Shown: positions 40,501-54,596 of the stretch, piece after piece
How positions within the stretch are numbered: position 1 is the stretch's first letter
Layout of the letters: each line of letters starts with the position of its first letter
From: Bugula neritina
Taxonomy: Eukaryota > Animalia > Bryozoa
Reading direction: 5' to 3'
NCBI GenBank assembly: GCA_964035545.1
Contig: OZ037771.1
Coordinates: 3,669,628 to 3,733,627 of the forward strand
DNA: 64,000 nucleotides
Program-made: the position numbers and the translations under genes
Notes under the pieces: model-generated
What the model saw: only the letters and a program-made list of their open reading frames with translations
Told to the model about the DNA's origin: nothing
Database searches by the model: none

Positions 40501-43500
40501 TATTTTTCACCATTTAACTGCTAATGAACATGGGTTTTTGCCCAAAACTAGTAAAACACCAATAAATACACCACAATAATTAAGCTTCTTCTTAATTTTG
40601 CTTGATTTCCCATCTTTTTTCTTATTTATTTAGCTTATTAGGAGTGCGGACCGTTACGAAAAAACCGTAGCGGTCCGCAACCAAGAGTAGCTGAATAATT
40701 AGGAAAAAACATGGGAAATGAAGCAAAATTAAAAAGAACTTTGATTATTTAGGTGTATTTATTGGTGTTTTACTAGTTTTGATCAAAAACCCATGATCAT
40801 TGGCAGTTAAATGGTGAAAAATAGCTAAAAACTGAAGATATCCAGTGTGTACTAAATTAAGTAAAATGACCCAAGTTCCCATACAGCCACATGTTCAAAC
40901 ATTACCTGTACCACTGCAATGCATTGTGGGAATAACAGGGAGCACTGAAATACATTGTGGGAATAACAGGAAGTACTGTAATAAACTTCTTGCTGCTCTC
41001 ATTATACTAAGCTCCTCATGTTTTACACTACATTTGAAAATATACAAGCTTTATTGAGCAGGCAATAAAATATTATGTTTTAGTTATAAGCCCTACATCT
41101 ACACTTTATGCATTCATTACAGCTGCGACATGTTTCAGTAAAGTTATTCTATGATTTCAGCTGAAAGGAGATTTGACTGGTGTTAAGTTGGGCTATGTTA
41201 AAGAGGGATATGAACATGCTACTCCTGGAGTTAAGTCAGCAATGGCTGACGTAATAAATCTGATGACCAACTGTGGTGCTGTTGTTGAAGAAGTCAGCAT
41301 TCCTCTACACCTTCAGTGTATGTTTCTACTTACTTGCTTATTTACATACTTACTTACTTACCTACTTACTTACTTACATATCCTTCTATCTTATGTGCCT
41401 ACTTATTTACATACCTACAGTGTATGGGTTTACTTAGGGAAGCAGCCGTCGTCTAGGGGTTAGAGCATTTGCCTAGTAAGCACAAAGTCATGGGTTCGAG
41501 CCCCGACAAAGGCCATTAATTGGTGATGCTAGGAAGAGCATCCAGTCCCTATTTGTGCCCCATCTGAATAAGACCTTAACCCGATTTAACAAAACCTTTC
41601 CCATCAAAGGTTTTCTCACAGAGATGGTGACTATAAATTTGCCTGAGTGTATGTGTCTACTTACCTATTATTTACGTTTCTATTTACATACCTACTTAAC
41701 CTTATCAATTTATCTATCTACTTATTTACCATTCTATCTACATATCTACCTACTTACCCATCTCCTTATTTATCTGCCTTCCTACGTACTTATCAGGTTA
41801 CGTGTCTAACTACAAACTGGAGTATCTATCTAATCTACTCACTCACCTCTCTATTTACTTATTAATCTATCTATTTACTTATTTACCATTCTATCTACAT
41901 ACCTATCTACTTACACCCTGTCCTTCGTCACTTTCTATTTTTTATTCATTTTGTGGGTTTTCCAGAAATAAACCTATTACTCATAGTATTTTTTCTTAAG
42001 CACTCTTTCACATATTTTATAGCAGTTAAAATCTAAAAAAATCTAGTTAAACAGCTGTTACCTTTTCTCTCTACTTATCCTATAATATTATACTAAACTA
42101 TATTATAAATAAATTTGTATGTTATTTCTAACCTACAAAATCTGCTCTGCTTTATCTATAGTTGTCTTCTCCTGGCATAGATTACCTTCACCAATAGTAT
42201 CATTTATTAGATACGCTATCTCCACAGTACACCAGTAAAATATTATGTTTACATCACTTGTGACAGGGAGAACACAACTACTGTTTTCCTTTACTGTTGT
42301 TGCCAGTAGGCTACTTACAATTATTATGTTATATTCTGTTATTACAGGATAATATTACATTATATTCTGTTATTACAGTATATCATACATTGTTTTACTG
42401 TACTGTTATATTATATTCTATTATTATAATTTATTATTACATTAAAGCTCATTATATGATGTTATTATAATATATTAATATATTATTGTATCATCATACA
42501 ACACTATCATGTCATCCTCCTATATTGAACTATTATAATAATAATATATCAATATGTTGTATAAATATAGTACGTTTTTATTGAATCATCACATTGCATC
42601 TAAATGAGCATCAAATAATTTTTTCTAGTACACTAGCCTTAGAAACCATAGTTCTGCATGTTTCAGGTGGCCCATTGTTTACCATTAGCCTGACCTCCCA
42701 TTACCACACTATGATAGAATGCAATGGGCAAGCCCCGGGCTACAATGAGTTGTACAGTGTGTCAGCAATGCAGCATTTTAAACAGGCATTCAAGGTACAG
42801 AAAGGTTCTTAGACTATGTATATATGTTTATAAAATAATATGTGCTTATAAAATCATAAGCTTATATCATGCGTGTGTTTAAGGTGAGTGTTTTTACAAT
42901 CCATGCCTGTTAACGAAAATATTTGGTATATTTTCATTATATAAACAGATACTATGAATTTTAAAAGATGCCCAACTCTACGAATAAACTGAACATTTAA
43001 TTCAATAATTTTGCTATGCAAAACACTGTTACAGTTAATCATATTTTTTATATCTCTTTATAACAAAAAAGAGTAGAAAGAATAATATATCAAAGTTTGA
43101 AACTCTACATTATTTTTAGTTCATGGTCTACTGCATAAACTTTTTTCTTGTATTTCCTAAGATTTCTATTACCCTTTTTTGATCTAATCTTTATTTTTAT
43201 AGCGTATTTTTGTTTAATAGAAACATTTGGTAAGTAAATTGTAAAAAAAAGTTTACTAACTTCAACTTAAAAATCAGGTAATTATGTTGTATTTTACAGT
43301 CCAGGGCTCATGATATTTCACCAACTGTCAAAGCTATGTCCTTATTTGGAGAATATTTAAAAAGAAAAGATGGTAAGGTTACTATATTTCAACTATGTAT
43401 TAAATGTAGCGGCTGTATTTCAAAATCTTTTTGTTCAAATTAAAATTTTAAAGATTTTCTTTGTGATTTGTTTAGTTTATTCAACTTTCTTATTGATTAA

Positions 43501-45383
43501 ACCTGTTGTATGGACCTGTGCCCGACCTGAGGTTTGGTTTCAGATTTATGAACGCATTTTATACACTTCTGCTATAGACAAAATTTTACGAGTGATACCA
43601 TAAACTAATATTTTATTATACATTCCGTATCACCTTGAAATTGACTGGAACTGAGTTTTTAATAGAATTACCGAAAAATATCATTTGACTTGACATTTCT
43701 TATGCCAAATATAAAAGTAAAACTTGACAGGTTTTAAACTTTATCAATAAAATTTATTAATTAGTTTTTTCTGCTTTCAACTTGTGGTACCAATTATTAG
43801 TGTGGCTTTGTGATCATTTGAAATGCATCATAACTATGGTACAAGTCTAAAAGACTTCAGCAAATATTACCTGGCTTTTTAATGGAGTTGTCTTTTCAAT
43901 GCAGCCTATGTCAATTTTATATACTCTATAATAAAAAGGGCGATTGTTCAATAATTTCAAAGTTAAAATGCCAATACACTATACTATATGCTAGTTGCTG
44001 CTAATATATTTTCAGGAAATGCACTAGTTGGTTGCGCTATAAACTGCAAACCTGTACTAAGAAGAGCGTATAACGATATGCTGGAGAAATACGATGCTCT
44101 AATTATGCCGACCATACCTTTTGTTGCTGCTAAACTACCTGCAGCTGATCTAACTCTAGCAGGTAAAGAATGCCACATGTTAGTCAAGTAACTCTTCTAA
44201 CTGGAAGTCAAATTTATACAAAATACTGTTTAAAAGAAGACAATCCCTAAATTGAATTGTCCTAAAGTACCTACAGCATCTGGCAAAGAATTTTTCTTTT
44301 AAATATAAAGTCAAACTAAAAGTTAGAAGGTCGAACAAAACTAAAAAAATAATAGAGATTTATGCTTTTAATTATTTCCAAGTTACATGGAAATTGGATA
44401 TTATTTTCAATGAAAACAGAATATAACAAAGTAGCTTTCACAATAATGTGTGTAAAAAGCTTTATAGTTTTTGTGATGTTTCAATTTATATGCTATAAAC
44501 TTATTTTACTGAAATTTCAGTTCAGACAAGAGCAACAATATTTTTTCAACTTACTGCCAACACATTTTACTGGACTGTTAAATCGATTTCATTGATTTGT
44601 AGAGTTTGTGAAGTACACAGTTTTCAACACAGGAAACACAGCGCCATTCAATGCTACTGGTCATCCCGCTCTGACCATCAACGTTGGGAATGTTTCTCCG
44701 GAAGACGCAGACGTACGTGTATTTCCTGTCTTGTGTTGTTAGTTTTGACGTTGCTAAGATTAATGTATAATATAATATATTATTATATCTGTATGAAAGT
44801 ATAATAAGTAACACAAGAATAATATATATTATAGTACAATAAAAAAATTTATATCATAGTGCAATGCTATTGCAATAATATTAATATAATATTGTAGTAA
44901 AATCTTCATCCAATAATATTAACGTGTAATATAGTGAAGTATTTTACATTAATTTATTGTATTAACATATTTATTTTATACGGATATTAGTATAATATAA
45001 TGAAATAATAATATATTACTATTGATTTATTAGTGAAGAATTATGCATAGTTTTTAAATTAAAAACAGCCAATTTGATAAGAATTGTACTGAAATATTTA
45101 ATAAAAGTTTACAGCTATATTTTAATATTAACTTAAAGGAAAAATAATAGGCTAATGTTTGTGTATTTCTAAAATTAATAAATTCTTATAGCTTTAACAT
45201 TTTTTACATTGCTTTAAGTTATGCAGCTGCCTTTCAATTTTGTAGCCAATGAAACTAGATGATGCTGCCAAATTGCCTGTGGGTCTACAAATTGTGTGCA
45301 AGCACTACAAAGAGGCAAAACTTTTGGATATTGCTTTTGGAGTAGAGAAGATAATGGCCCCGGGATCAAAGTCTAGCTCCTAA
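37505..45383 (+). CDS. Amidase signature family hydrolase, copy 1 (~529 aa, 13 exons)
   Basis: Exons 37505-37526, 37815-37913, 38329-38455, 38833-39005, 39379-39518, 39969-40098, 40301-40446, 41161-41317, 42667-42794, 43300-43372, 44016-44162, 44603-44712, 45246-45383. Catalytic Lys (VAIKDN), [52 protein letters not shown]. Confidence 0.93.
39254..39345 (+). mobile_element. Truncated SINE in amidase intron 4, at the orthologous position in all three copies (also ~49759-49865 and ~58018-58130)
   Basis: Same SINE head at the same intron position, so the insertion predates the duplications. Confidence 0.75.
40453..40872. mobile_element. 420-bp fold-back non-autonomous DNA transposon (MITE), copy-1-specific
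   Basis: Ends GGGTCATTTTACTTAATTTAGTACAC / GTGTACTAAATTAAGTAAAATGACCC, inverted symmetry extending to the centre (~40660), flanking AAGT duplication, and empty site GTAAGTTCCCATACAGCC in copy 2 (near-identical in copy 3). Confidence 0.92.
41318..41915. repeat. (TACT/TACC/TATT)n low-complexity tract in amidase intron 8 (also ~51480-51560 and ~59835-59925)
   Basis: Directly visible; generates spurious LTYL ORFs. Confidence 0.85.
41438..41650 (+). mobile_element. Near full-length tRNA-Thr-derived SINE, copy-1-specific
   Basis: GCAGCCGTCGTCTAGGGGTTAGAGC...CTAGTAA...GGTTCGAGCCC...AGGAAGAGCATCCAGTC...GATGGTGACTATAAA; absent from the equivalent intron of copies 2 and 3. Confidence 0.85.
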
Positions 45384-45974
45384 TACTTCATTTCAACTGG
45401 CTGATTAAATGGGGAATTTATTACATAACTCATGTATTGCCATGTGTGTAGTATAAAATGGTCTATATGATATATATTATTATACAAGCAAACCTTACGC
45501 ACATTCCCTAGTTTTGGAGTTGTAATTCCATGGTTAGAATACAAAATTCCGGCAATAATGTATTTTCTTAGCTAGTAGAGTGGTTTGTAGTTTTATGTTA
45601 TGTTATCATTAGATTTTTATAATCACATTACTATATAATCTATAAAAATGTTTTTTTTTAATTTAGCACCAGGTGCATTTTTATAAATAAATTTATGTGT
45701 AGAGCGCATATAACATAATAATTATGATCAATTTACAAAAATAAATTATCAATAAATGACTTTTACCTATATAAATTCGGTTTTTAATAAAGTGATGTAA
45801 AAAGGTTTGGTTCAAGACTAGTAGCTAGTATACATTAGTAAATACAAAAAACAAAAACAAGTAGAAAAGATTGTTGTAATTAATTATATTTTTAGAACTA
45901 AAGCATGTTATTCAATGGTAATAAATATCCATTAGCTAATAGTTTCTGAACACATGTCTCTTTGGAAATAATAA

Positions 45975-46110
45975 AGCAGCTGTGATCTAGTGGTTACAGC
46001 ACTAGTCGCAAAGTACCAGGTCAGAAAGGAGGATTTATAATATGGCCCCTGTGCCACAGCAAAAACCATGTCTTCAGTTTAAGAATCTTGACTATCACAA
46101 AAATGGAGAC
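45975..46110 (+). mobile_element. Old degenerate SINE downstream of amidase copy 1 (orthologous copy ~55213-55350)
   Basis: GCAGCTGTGATCTAGTGGTTACAGC head and related 3' part. Confidence 0.55.
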
Positions 46111-46359
46111 TTCAAACGAATACAAGTTCATAGTTGGATAGTATCGTAGTTTGGAGTTTTCTACCCACAGGTTGCTGACATGATAAATGTTAACTACAAC
46201 GAAGCTGTTCGAATGAAGTAATTTAAGAGTTGTGTGCTCTTGAGTTGATTTGTTGTACAGTTCAAATGTTGAGCCATAGCATCATTGCTGCACCTGTTAT
46301 AAACTTATATTATATAACATAATATTCATTCACCATACATTCATACATGCTGGCTGTCA

Positions 46360-46596
46360 TGTTCAATTTATAGCCGTTGACCTTTCAACTCTTTGGCCAG
46401 ACAGTCTTACCCCTCATTAGGCCGTAAAATATCAGCCATTTTTACAAATGTCTGAGATCCCTGTATGACGTTGCCGTTGCGGTAATATAGGATCAAGCAC
46501 TGCTAAGCTGCTGAGCAGGCATGTGAGTAAATACATGATGTATAAGTAGTGAAACTGGACCACAGAGTTGAAAGGTCAACAGCTATAAATTGCACA
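46360..46596. mobile_element. MITE with ~40-bp imperfect TIRs between amidase copies 1 and 2
   Basis: CAATTTATAGCCGTTGACCTTTCAACTCT...CCAG versus CTGG...AGAGTTGAAAGGTCAACAGCTATAAATTG. Confidence 0.75.
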
Positions 46597-47766
46597 AATG
46601 ATTATTGGGATTTCAGCATTGCCATTTCAGCATTTCTCAGCAACCAAAACCACAAAAATGCGTTCAAACAAATATTTTTCATGTTGAGAGGACACAACTC
46701 TCAATTGTAAGGAAGATCTCGATCACACTGGAAAAGAGTATATTTCAACAGGTTTATATCTGTCTAAAAGCAAAATCTCAATGGCATCTGAGTTAATAGC
46801 CTAGATAATATTGTTATTCTTTACTGAAAAAATATTTTTTAAATATTCAGTTTCAAGCACATGCCACAGGTGAATAGCTGCTTTTATTCTTTTCAGTCAT
46901 AGTACTTCATTGTATCAGTATACACCGATCTTGTAAGGAATTGACCTTTGAACTAGTTGGCAAATGTAACTGACCACAAAATCTATTGTTAATCTAAGCT
47001 GAATAGTAGACAGAAGATAGTCAAGAAGTCTCATAGCCTACGACTCTTTAGTAATTAGTAATAAGAAGTAAAGTCTGACATATCTCAACATAACTGTAAG
47101 TTAGCATACTTTATACCACCTATAATATAATAAATATAATTGTTTTTGCCATTTTATGTCATATACAGTGTGGATGTAATAATATAACTATATAATATAT
47201 TATATACTTCCTTTTTATACGTTTTATTTGTACCTGCAGGTTTAAAGGTCAAACTATCCAGACTAATACATGCTAGTAACACTATTATAGAAGGCAATAA
47301 ATTTGTAAGTTAGACATTATTATAGGCATTACATAATACACCATAACATTATTATGTCTATGTGTGTGTGTGCATTCTATTACTAAAATATTTTATATTA
47401 TATTTTATCATACCTTGTCACCCTTGAGTGTTACAATTGTATTTTATTCAACAGGGAACCTGTTTCATATTATCAATAAAGATCAGCAGTGCTGTCAAAC
47501 CTCTGCAATGAATACTAGCACAACAACTTTCTAGTAAAATACACAAATCAGCTAGTCTGGCCAATTAATTAACTAAGTTTTGCTGTCACAAATCTATAGC
47601 AGAGTTTTTGCAGAGACTTCGAAACTTAAGTGTTACGTTGTTTAGCAGAAGGGCCATCATTGAGCAAGGGGCCTTTGCCGTAAACAGTTTTTAGCATATT
47701 TCCTTTCCACACATACACTAGCTAATACACATGCAGGCTATTCCCAGGGTAGTATTGAACCAGAGG

Positions 47767-47928
47767 TAGGTGCAGTAATGGAGAAATTGAGAAAAGCCTG
47801 TGTTTTCGATTGAAAATGTAGCAAAAGAAGTTAAGTTCTCACAAAAGTTTCAACCTTCGCCCTAAACCAAAATTTAATAATAGAGTTGAAGAACTTAAGC
47901 TATCTCAATTTCTCCACTACTGCTCCTA
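47767..47928. mobile_element. 162-bp MITE in the amidase copy 2 promoter
   Basis: TAGGTGCAGTAATGGAGAAATTGAGA / TCTCAATTTCTCCACTACTGCTCCTA inverted ends; absent in copies 1 and 3. Confidence 0.8.
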
Positions 47929-48013
47929 AATTATGTATTTCACAGATAAATAACATTATCAGGTTAGCAGTGACAGTCAGTTGGTAACTGCAGACAGATC
48001 TGTGAGGTTTGAC

Positions 48014-51000
48014 ATGACAGATCAGGTGATATCATGTAAGTAGGCTACTAATATCTGGGCTCTTAGTTGCCACTCTACAAATAAAGTTTTGGTAAAACAC
48101 TGAACTGCCACTTCGAAATAAATTGCTATAGCCTACTTTGTGGTTAATTGCAATTTAATCTAAAATCAAAGCTCAAAATATAATATCAAAACAATCTGTA
48201 AAAATCTTCTAGAAAAAGATAGTAAAATCACAATCATCTACACAGTCATTCATTCTTTACTCACTGGAAATGTGGCAGTCAGTAGATGTTTGACAATTTC
48301 GAGCTACTTACTGATAACCCACCATAACATATTTATAATTCTTTCTTTTGAGTTACTCATGTATTAACAATAATTGCTATGAGAAACACAAATGCATTCT
48401 ACAGTTAGTATTCTGCTGTAGATATCCCTTTGGTTGAGCCAGCCTCTCTCGAAGATTTATCTCAGATATCTAATGAACTCAGACTTGGTATTGCTGAACA
48501 TGAAAACAAAGACTATTTGGGTAAATTAAGTACTAAAGTTAATGCAAAATAGTCTAACATTTGCTGTAATGGGGGCCTACCTCCCTCCCCCTCTCCCCAC
48601 CAGTTTTGTTACACTTGCCAATTTAGCAGATGCTCTACTCACTTAGTAAACATTTGTGTCTCTTCTAGAAATTATGAGAACCTACTTGACTAAATGTGTT
48701 GGCACAGCGTAAGATTAACCAATTTTGCTTTCACACCAAATGCACTTTGGTAAATGTTAATATTAATTCACATTACTAATTTAGTTGTTTGCAAATCTTA
48801 CAGAGATTGTAAATGGTTGGCTAAAAAGTTGTGATGGCTTGAGATTGATTAAAGAGGAAACAGTGCCTGTCCTGTATCCAAGGATTCCAGGAGTAAAGCC
48901 TGCAAGGAAGGATAACCCCTACAATGCATGGTAATATGTTTTAAACATTTAATATTATTCTAAAATACTAGTCCGGCATAAGATACAACATTGGATGATA
49001 AAGAAGTAATAATAGCCAGTAGCGTGCTTGGTTTCTGATATTTAGCAACAATCACAGTGAAACAAGTCTTATGGTATGGTAATTTTAGACTTTAGTATAC
49101 ACTGCTATAATCGGCCCTACTCTACTATACCCTACTCTACTATACCCTACTATACTATACCCTACTTTAATATACCTTACTTCAATATACCCTACTCTAA
49201 TATAGGCTTATAATATCCTACTATACTCTACTCTAGCTTACTCTACTTTACTCTACACTTCTTCACTTTACTTTACTTTAAGGGCATTTAAATTTAAACT
49301 TTCTAATAGCTGTGGAAAGTCACACACAAAAAATACCATTTTTAGGGCAACGGAAGTAACGATAAAAGGAGAAGACTCTGGGATCTTAGCTGGGAAAACT
49401 GTTGCTATAAAAGATAACGTGTTTGTAGCTGGAACTCCTCTATCGAATGGTTCCAAGATATGGGAGGGGTACACACCAGAGTTTGATGGTACAGTGGTTA
49501 CTAGGATACTACAAGCAGGTAATATCTTACAGGAAGTAAACTGCGCAGGTTACAAGTTCTGCTGTGTAGCTCTGTTTACTGGCATTTAGTGCTCATCTGA
49601 AAAAGGAATCATAGTTGTTGTTATTTGTGAAATTCATCTTGCGGTAAGAAGGGGAGATAAACCAACAATCTCTTTAGAAACTAGTAATAAAATATGCTCA
49701 TGCATTTACTGGGAACAACCTTTGTTACTGGCAAATAATTTTCCCGTTTTTTATGTGGTAGCAGTGGTGGTCTAGGGGTTAAAACACTGGCTTAGTAAAC
49801 ACGAGGTCAGTGGTTTGAAGCCCAGTAAAGGCCACTGGTGATGTTAGGAAGAGCATTCAGTCAAAATTTTTCTCTTATAGGTAATAGAAAACAAGTCCTT
49901 AGCATCTCTCAAAATAATCTGGTGATAAATTGCATTATACTTACATAGAATATTATATAACATAAGGTGGTACTATTCTGGGAAAATCAACATGCGAGAA
50001 TCAGTGCTGTTCAGCAAACAGTTATACCAGTGCCAGTGGCCCGGTTCTGAATCCTGCAGACCAGACCAGATCTGCTGGAGGCTCTAGTTCTGGCAGCGCA
50101 GCTCTTGTGAGTGTGTCTTGATCCAAGCCCCTGAACATATGTGTTGTTAGAACCCAGGTTAAAAAGGTTTCCACTGTGCAACATTTGTTAGTGTTTTGGT
50201 CGAGTGAGATGTTAGAGTAATATTGTGATCAAATTTTGGTGTTTTCATGTCTTCAATAAAACACGCAACTTGCGAAATCATGAAGTAGATATGCTATTCA
50301 CTTCAAATGAAAACTTTTTAAACTAAACTTTTTAAACTAAAACTTCTATAATATGTCTATACATAACAATGTAATATTAGGTAAGAATTCTGCTCAAATG
50401 TTTATTTCCTTTTTGTTGTTGTTTAGACTTTTGCATTCCACAATAAGATGTGTTCTCAGAAAGCAAAGAATGAAATTTTTAATAGTAGCCTAAAGATATG
50501 CATTGGGTTTCTGAATAATCGTCAAAAATCTGCAAACCATTTAATATACTCGTATATAGCTAAGATATATTATTTTTGTAGATAGCCACTGGGGAAGTGG
50601 ACATGGCTATTGGTGGAGATCAGGGGGGTTCTATACGCCTCCCCAGTAGCTGGTGTGGCTGCGTAGGACTGAAGCCAACATTTGGTTTGGTGCCTGTAAC
50701 AGGATCTTTAGGTAACAGAAGCTTTCAAGTGTTAATAATTGAAGAAAATGCTATAAAAGACAATATATTATTTTATAAACTTTACAAATTTTACATAAAA
50801 TATGTGTTCCTATAATAACACAATAAAAGCTTTCAGTAATATATTATATTATTTAATGTTGATAGTTACTAATTTACTGCGCACCAAGTTTAATTATGGT
50901 TGTCGGAATTTCTCAGGTTTGGAGCCCTCTATTGATCACCTCGGCCCAATGGCCTCTAATGTTACTGACGTAGCAAAGCTGTTAGAGGTCATTGCAGGAT

Positions 51001-54000
51001 ATGATGGCGGAAGAGATCATAGACAGAATCCTCATGTGACAATACCTAAATACAGTCAATTGGTAAGTTCCCATACAGCCACGTGTTCAAACATTACCTG
51101 CAGCACTGCAATGCATTGTGGGAATAACAGGATACACTGCAAGAAACTTCTTGCTGCTTTTATTACACTAAGCTCCTCATTTTTTACACTACATTTGAAA
51201 ATATACACGCTTTATTGAGCAGGCAATAAAATATTATGTTTTAATAAGCCCTACACCTGCATTTTATGCATTCATTACAGCTGTGACAGATTTCAGTAAA
51301 GTTATTCTATGATTTCAGCTGAAAGGAGATTTGACTGGTGTTAAGTTGGGCTATGTTAAAGAGGGATATGAACATGCTACTCCTGAAGTTAAGTCAGCAA
51401 TAGCTGACGTAATTAATCTGATGACCAACTGTGGTGCTGTTGTTGAAGAAGTCAGCATTCCTCTACACCTTCAGTGTATGTGCCTACTTACTTGCTTACA
51501 TATCTACCTACTTACATACTTACATACTCACTTACCTACTTACTTACATTTTTATTACATCATTATATGACTCTATTGTATTATCCTCCTATATTGAATT
51601 ATTATAATATTATATCAACATATTTTATAAATATAATAATATATATTATGTTATCTTATTACACTTGAATAAGCACCAAATAAAAGTTATTTTTGGTACG
51701 CTAGCCTTAGAAACTACAGTTCTGGATATTTTAGGTAGTCCATTGTTTTCCATTAGCCTGGCCTCCCAATACCACACCATGATAGAATGCAATGGGCAAC
51801 CCCCAGGCTACAATGAGTTGTACAGTGTGTCGGCAATGCAGCATTTCAAACAGGCATTCAAGGTACAGGAAAGTACTTATATGTTTATAAAATATGTGTT
51901 TATAAAATCATAAACTTATATCATGTGTGTGTTTAAGGTGATTGTTTACAATCTATGCTTATTAAAGAGAATATTTGGTATCTTTTCATTGTATAACCTG
52001 AGGCTATGTTTTAAAGATGCCCAACTAAACTAAACATTTGCTTCAATAAGTTTGCTATGCAAAATATTACTGTTATTTATGTTGCTTTTGATATTTGCTT
52101 AAAACACAAAAGGAGTAGAAAGAATATATAATTGAAGGTTTAAACTCTACATTATTCTTACCTCATGGGCTACTGTATAAATTGCTTTTTCTTATATTTC
52201 CTAATTGCTCTCTATCAATTTTTATAATCTAATCTTAATTTTTATAGCATATTTTTGTAATAGAAACACTTGTTAATATTCATAATATAAGTATATGCTA
52301 CCATTGTGTAAATTGTAAGAAAGTGACGCGCTCCAACTTCAACATGAAATCACTACAACTCAGTTATTTATGTTGTATTTTACAGTCCAGAGCTCATGAT
52401 CTTTCACCAAATGTCAAAGCTTTGTCCTTATTTGGAGAATATTTAAAAAGAAAAGATGGTAAGGTTACTATATTTCAACTTTGCGTTTACGCATAAATGT
52501 AATTGCTGTATTCTAAAATTTTTATGTTCAAATCAAAACTTTAAAGACTTTTTTAATATTTGTTTAGTTTATTCATATTCCTAAATAGTTCAGTGTGTTA
52601 TATGAAGCTGTGCCCTGGTCTGAGGCTTCGTTTCAGTTTTATGAATAAACTCTATACGCACTTTCCTATAGACTTTTATGTTATTATGCAATGCGTATCC
52701 TCTTAATTTGACTAGAGTTGAGCTTTTAATAATATTACTAAAAGTGTCACTAAACTTGACGTTTCTTATGGCAAATATATAAGCAAAACTGATATATTTG
52801 ACATAAGTTTTGCTTTAATATTTTAATAATTAAGTTTAAGCCCTTGACAGGGTTTAAACTTATAAATTATTAAAATATTAAAGTTTGTTTGTGCTTTTAA
52901 CTTGTGGTACCAACTATGAGTTGGTCTTTGTAGTTATTTGAACTGCATCATAACTATGGTGTACATCTAAAACACTTCAGCAAATATTACCGGGCCTTTT
53001 AATGGAGTTGTCTTATCAATGCAGCCCATGTCAATTTTATATATTCTATAATAAAAAAGGGATGATGATCCCATTAGTTAAAAGTTGAAATACCAAGTCA
53101 CTGTTCTATATGCTAATTTCTGCCAATATACTTTCAGGAAATATGTTAGTTGGTCGTGCTATGAACTGCAGGCCTGTACTGAGAAGAGCGTATAACGATG
53201 TGCTGGAGAAATACGATGCGCTGATTATGCCGACCATACCTTTTGTTGCTGCTAAACTACCTGCAGCTGATCTAACTCCAGCAGGTAAAAAATGCCACTT
53301 GTTAGTCAAGTAACTCTTCTAACTGGAAGTCCAATTTATTCAAATTGCTGTTTAAAAAAAGACAACCCTTAAATTGAAATGAAAACTGCTTTTTGGTAAA
53401 TACCTACAGTACCTGAAAAGTAATTTTACTTTTAAATATAATAAACCTGTTTCAAGGCTGAAAGTTAAAAACTCAAGCAAAGCTAAAAATAGAGATTTAT
53501 GCTTTTAATGGTTTCTAAGTCTTTTAATTCATTTTTTTAATCAAAACACAATTATATAACAAGACTTGATAATCAATTTGTGATGCTTCAATTTGTCAGA
53601 AATTGGCATTATAAATGCTATTACCTTATTTTACTGATACTTTAGTTCAGACAAGAGAACAATATCTGTTCAACTCACTGCCAACACATTTTGCTGACTT
53701 ATTCTATTTTATTGATTTGTAGAGTTTGTGAAACACACACTCTTCAACAATGGAAACACGGCACCGTTCAATCTGAGTGGTCATCCCGCTTTAACCATCA
53801 ACGTCGGGAATGTTGTTCCCGAAGATGCAGACGTATGTGTACTTCCTGTCTAGTGTTGATCTAAACATTATGTGTAATTCGAGAACAAGTATTTAGAAAT
53901 ATTTGTTGTTGACATTTTGATTTTATATTATTATATTTATTGTATAATAATGTTAGTGTACGATGTAATAAAATAATAACATATGGTATAATATATTATC

Positions 54001-54596
54001 TTATTAGGATTAATGTATAATAAACAACACATGAATAATATATATTGTTAAATAAGGAATTTTTTATATAATATAATGCAATACTATTGCAATAATATTA
54101 ATATAATATAGTAAAATGTTAGTCTAATAACGTTAAAAAATAATATAGTGAAATATATTTATAATAATTTATTAACATGTTTATTGCATATTGATATTAA
54201 TATATAATATAGTAAAAAAATGATATATTATTATTGATTTATTGATAAAGATTTATGCATAATTTTTGAATTGAAAACAACCAATTTGATAAGAAGTGTA
54301 CTGAAATGTTTAATGAAAGTTTACAGCTATATTTTAATTTTTTTCTTAAATGAAAATAATTTGTCTAATGTTTGTGTATTTTTGAAATTAATAAATTCTT
54401 ATAGCTTTAACATTTTTCACAGTGCTTTAAGTTATGCAGCTGCTTTTTAATTTTGTAGCCAATGAAATTCGATGATGCTACCAAATTGCCTGTGGGTCTA
54501 CAGATTGTGTGCAAGCACTACGAAGAGGCAAAACTTCTGGATATTGCTTTTGGAGTTGAGAAGATAATGGCCCAGGGACCAAAATCTAGCTCTTAA
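48014..54596 (+). CDS. Amidase signature family hydrolase, copy 2 (13 exons)
   Basis: Same exon set as copy 1; starts MTDQVISYIPLV, contains GGDQGGSIR, ends MAQGPKSSS*. No disrupting change seen. Confidence 0.92.

Noticed and set aside
33574-45383. MBLAC1 plus amidases as an operon-like hydrolase or resistance cluster, or bacterial contamination
   Set aside because: All genes have spliceosomal introns and host repeats; MBLAC1 is a conserved animal gene, and adjacency alone gives no functional link.
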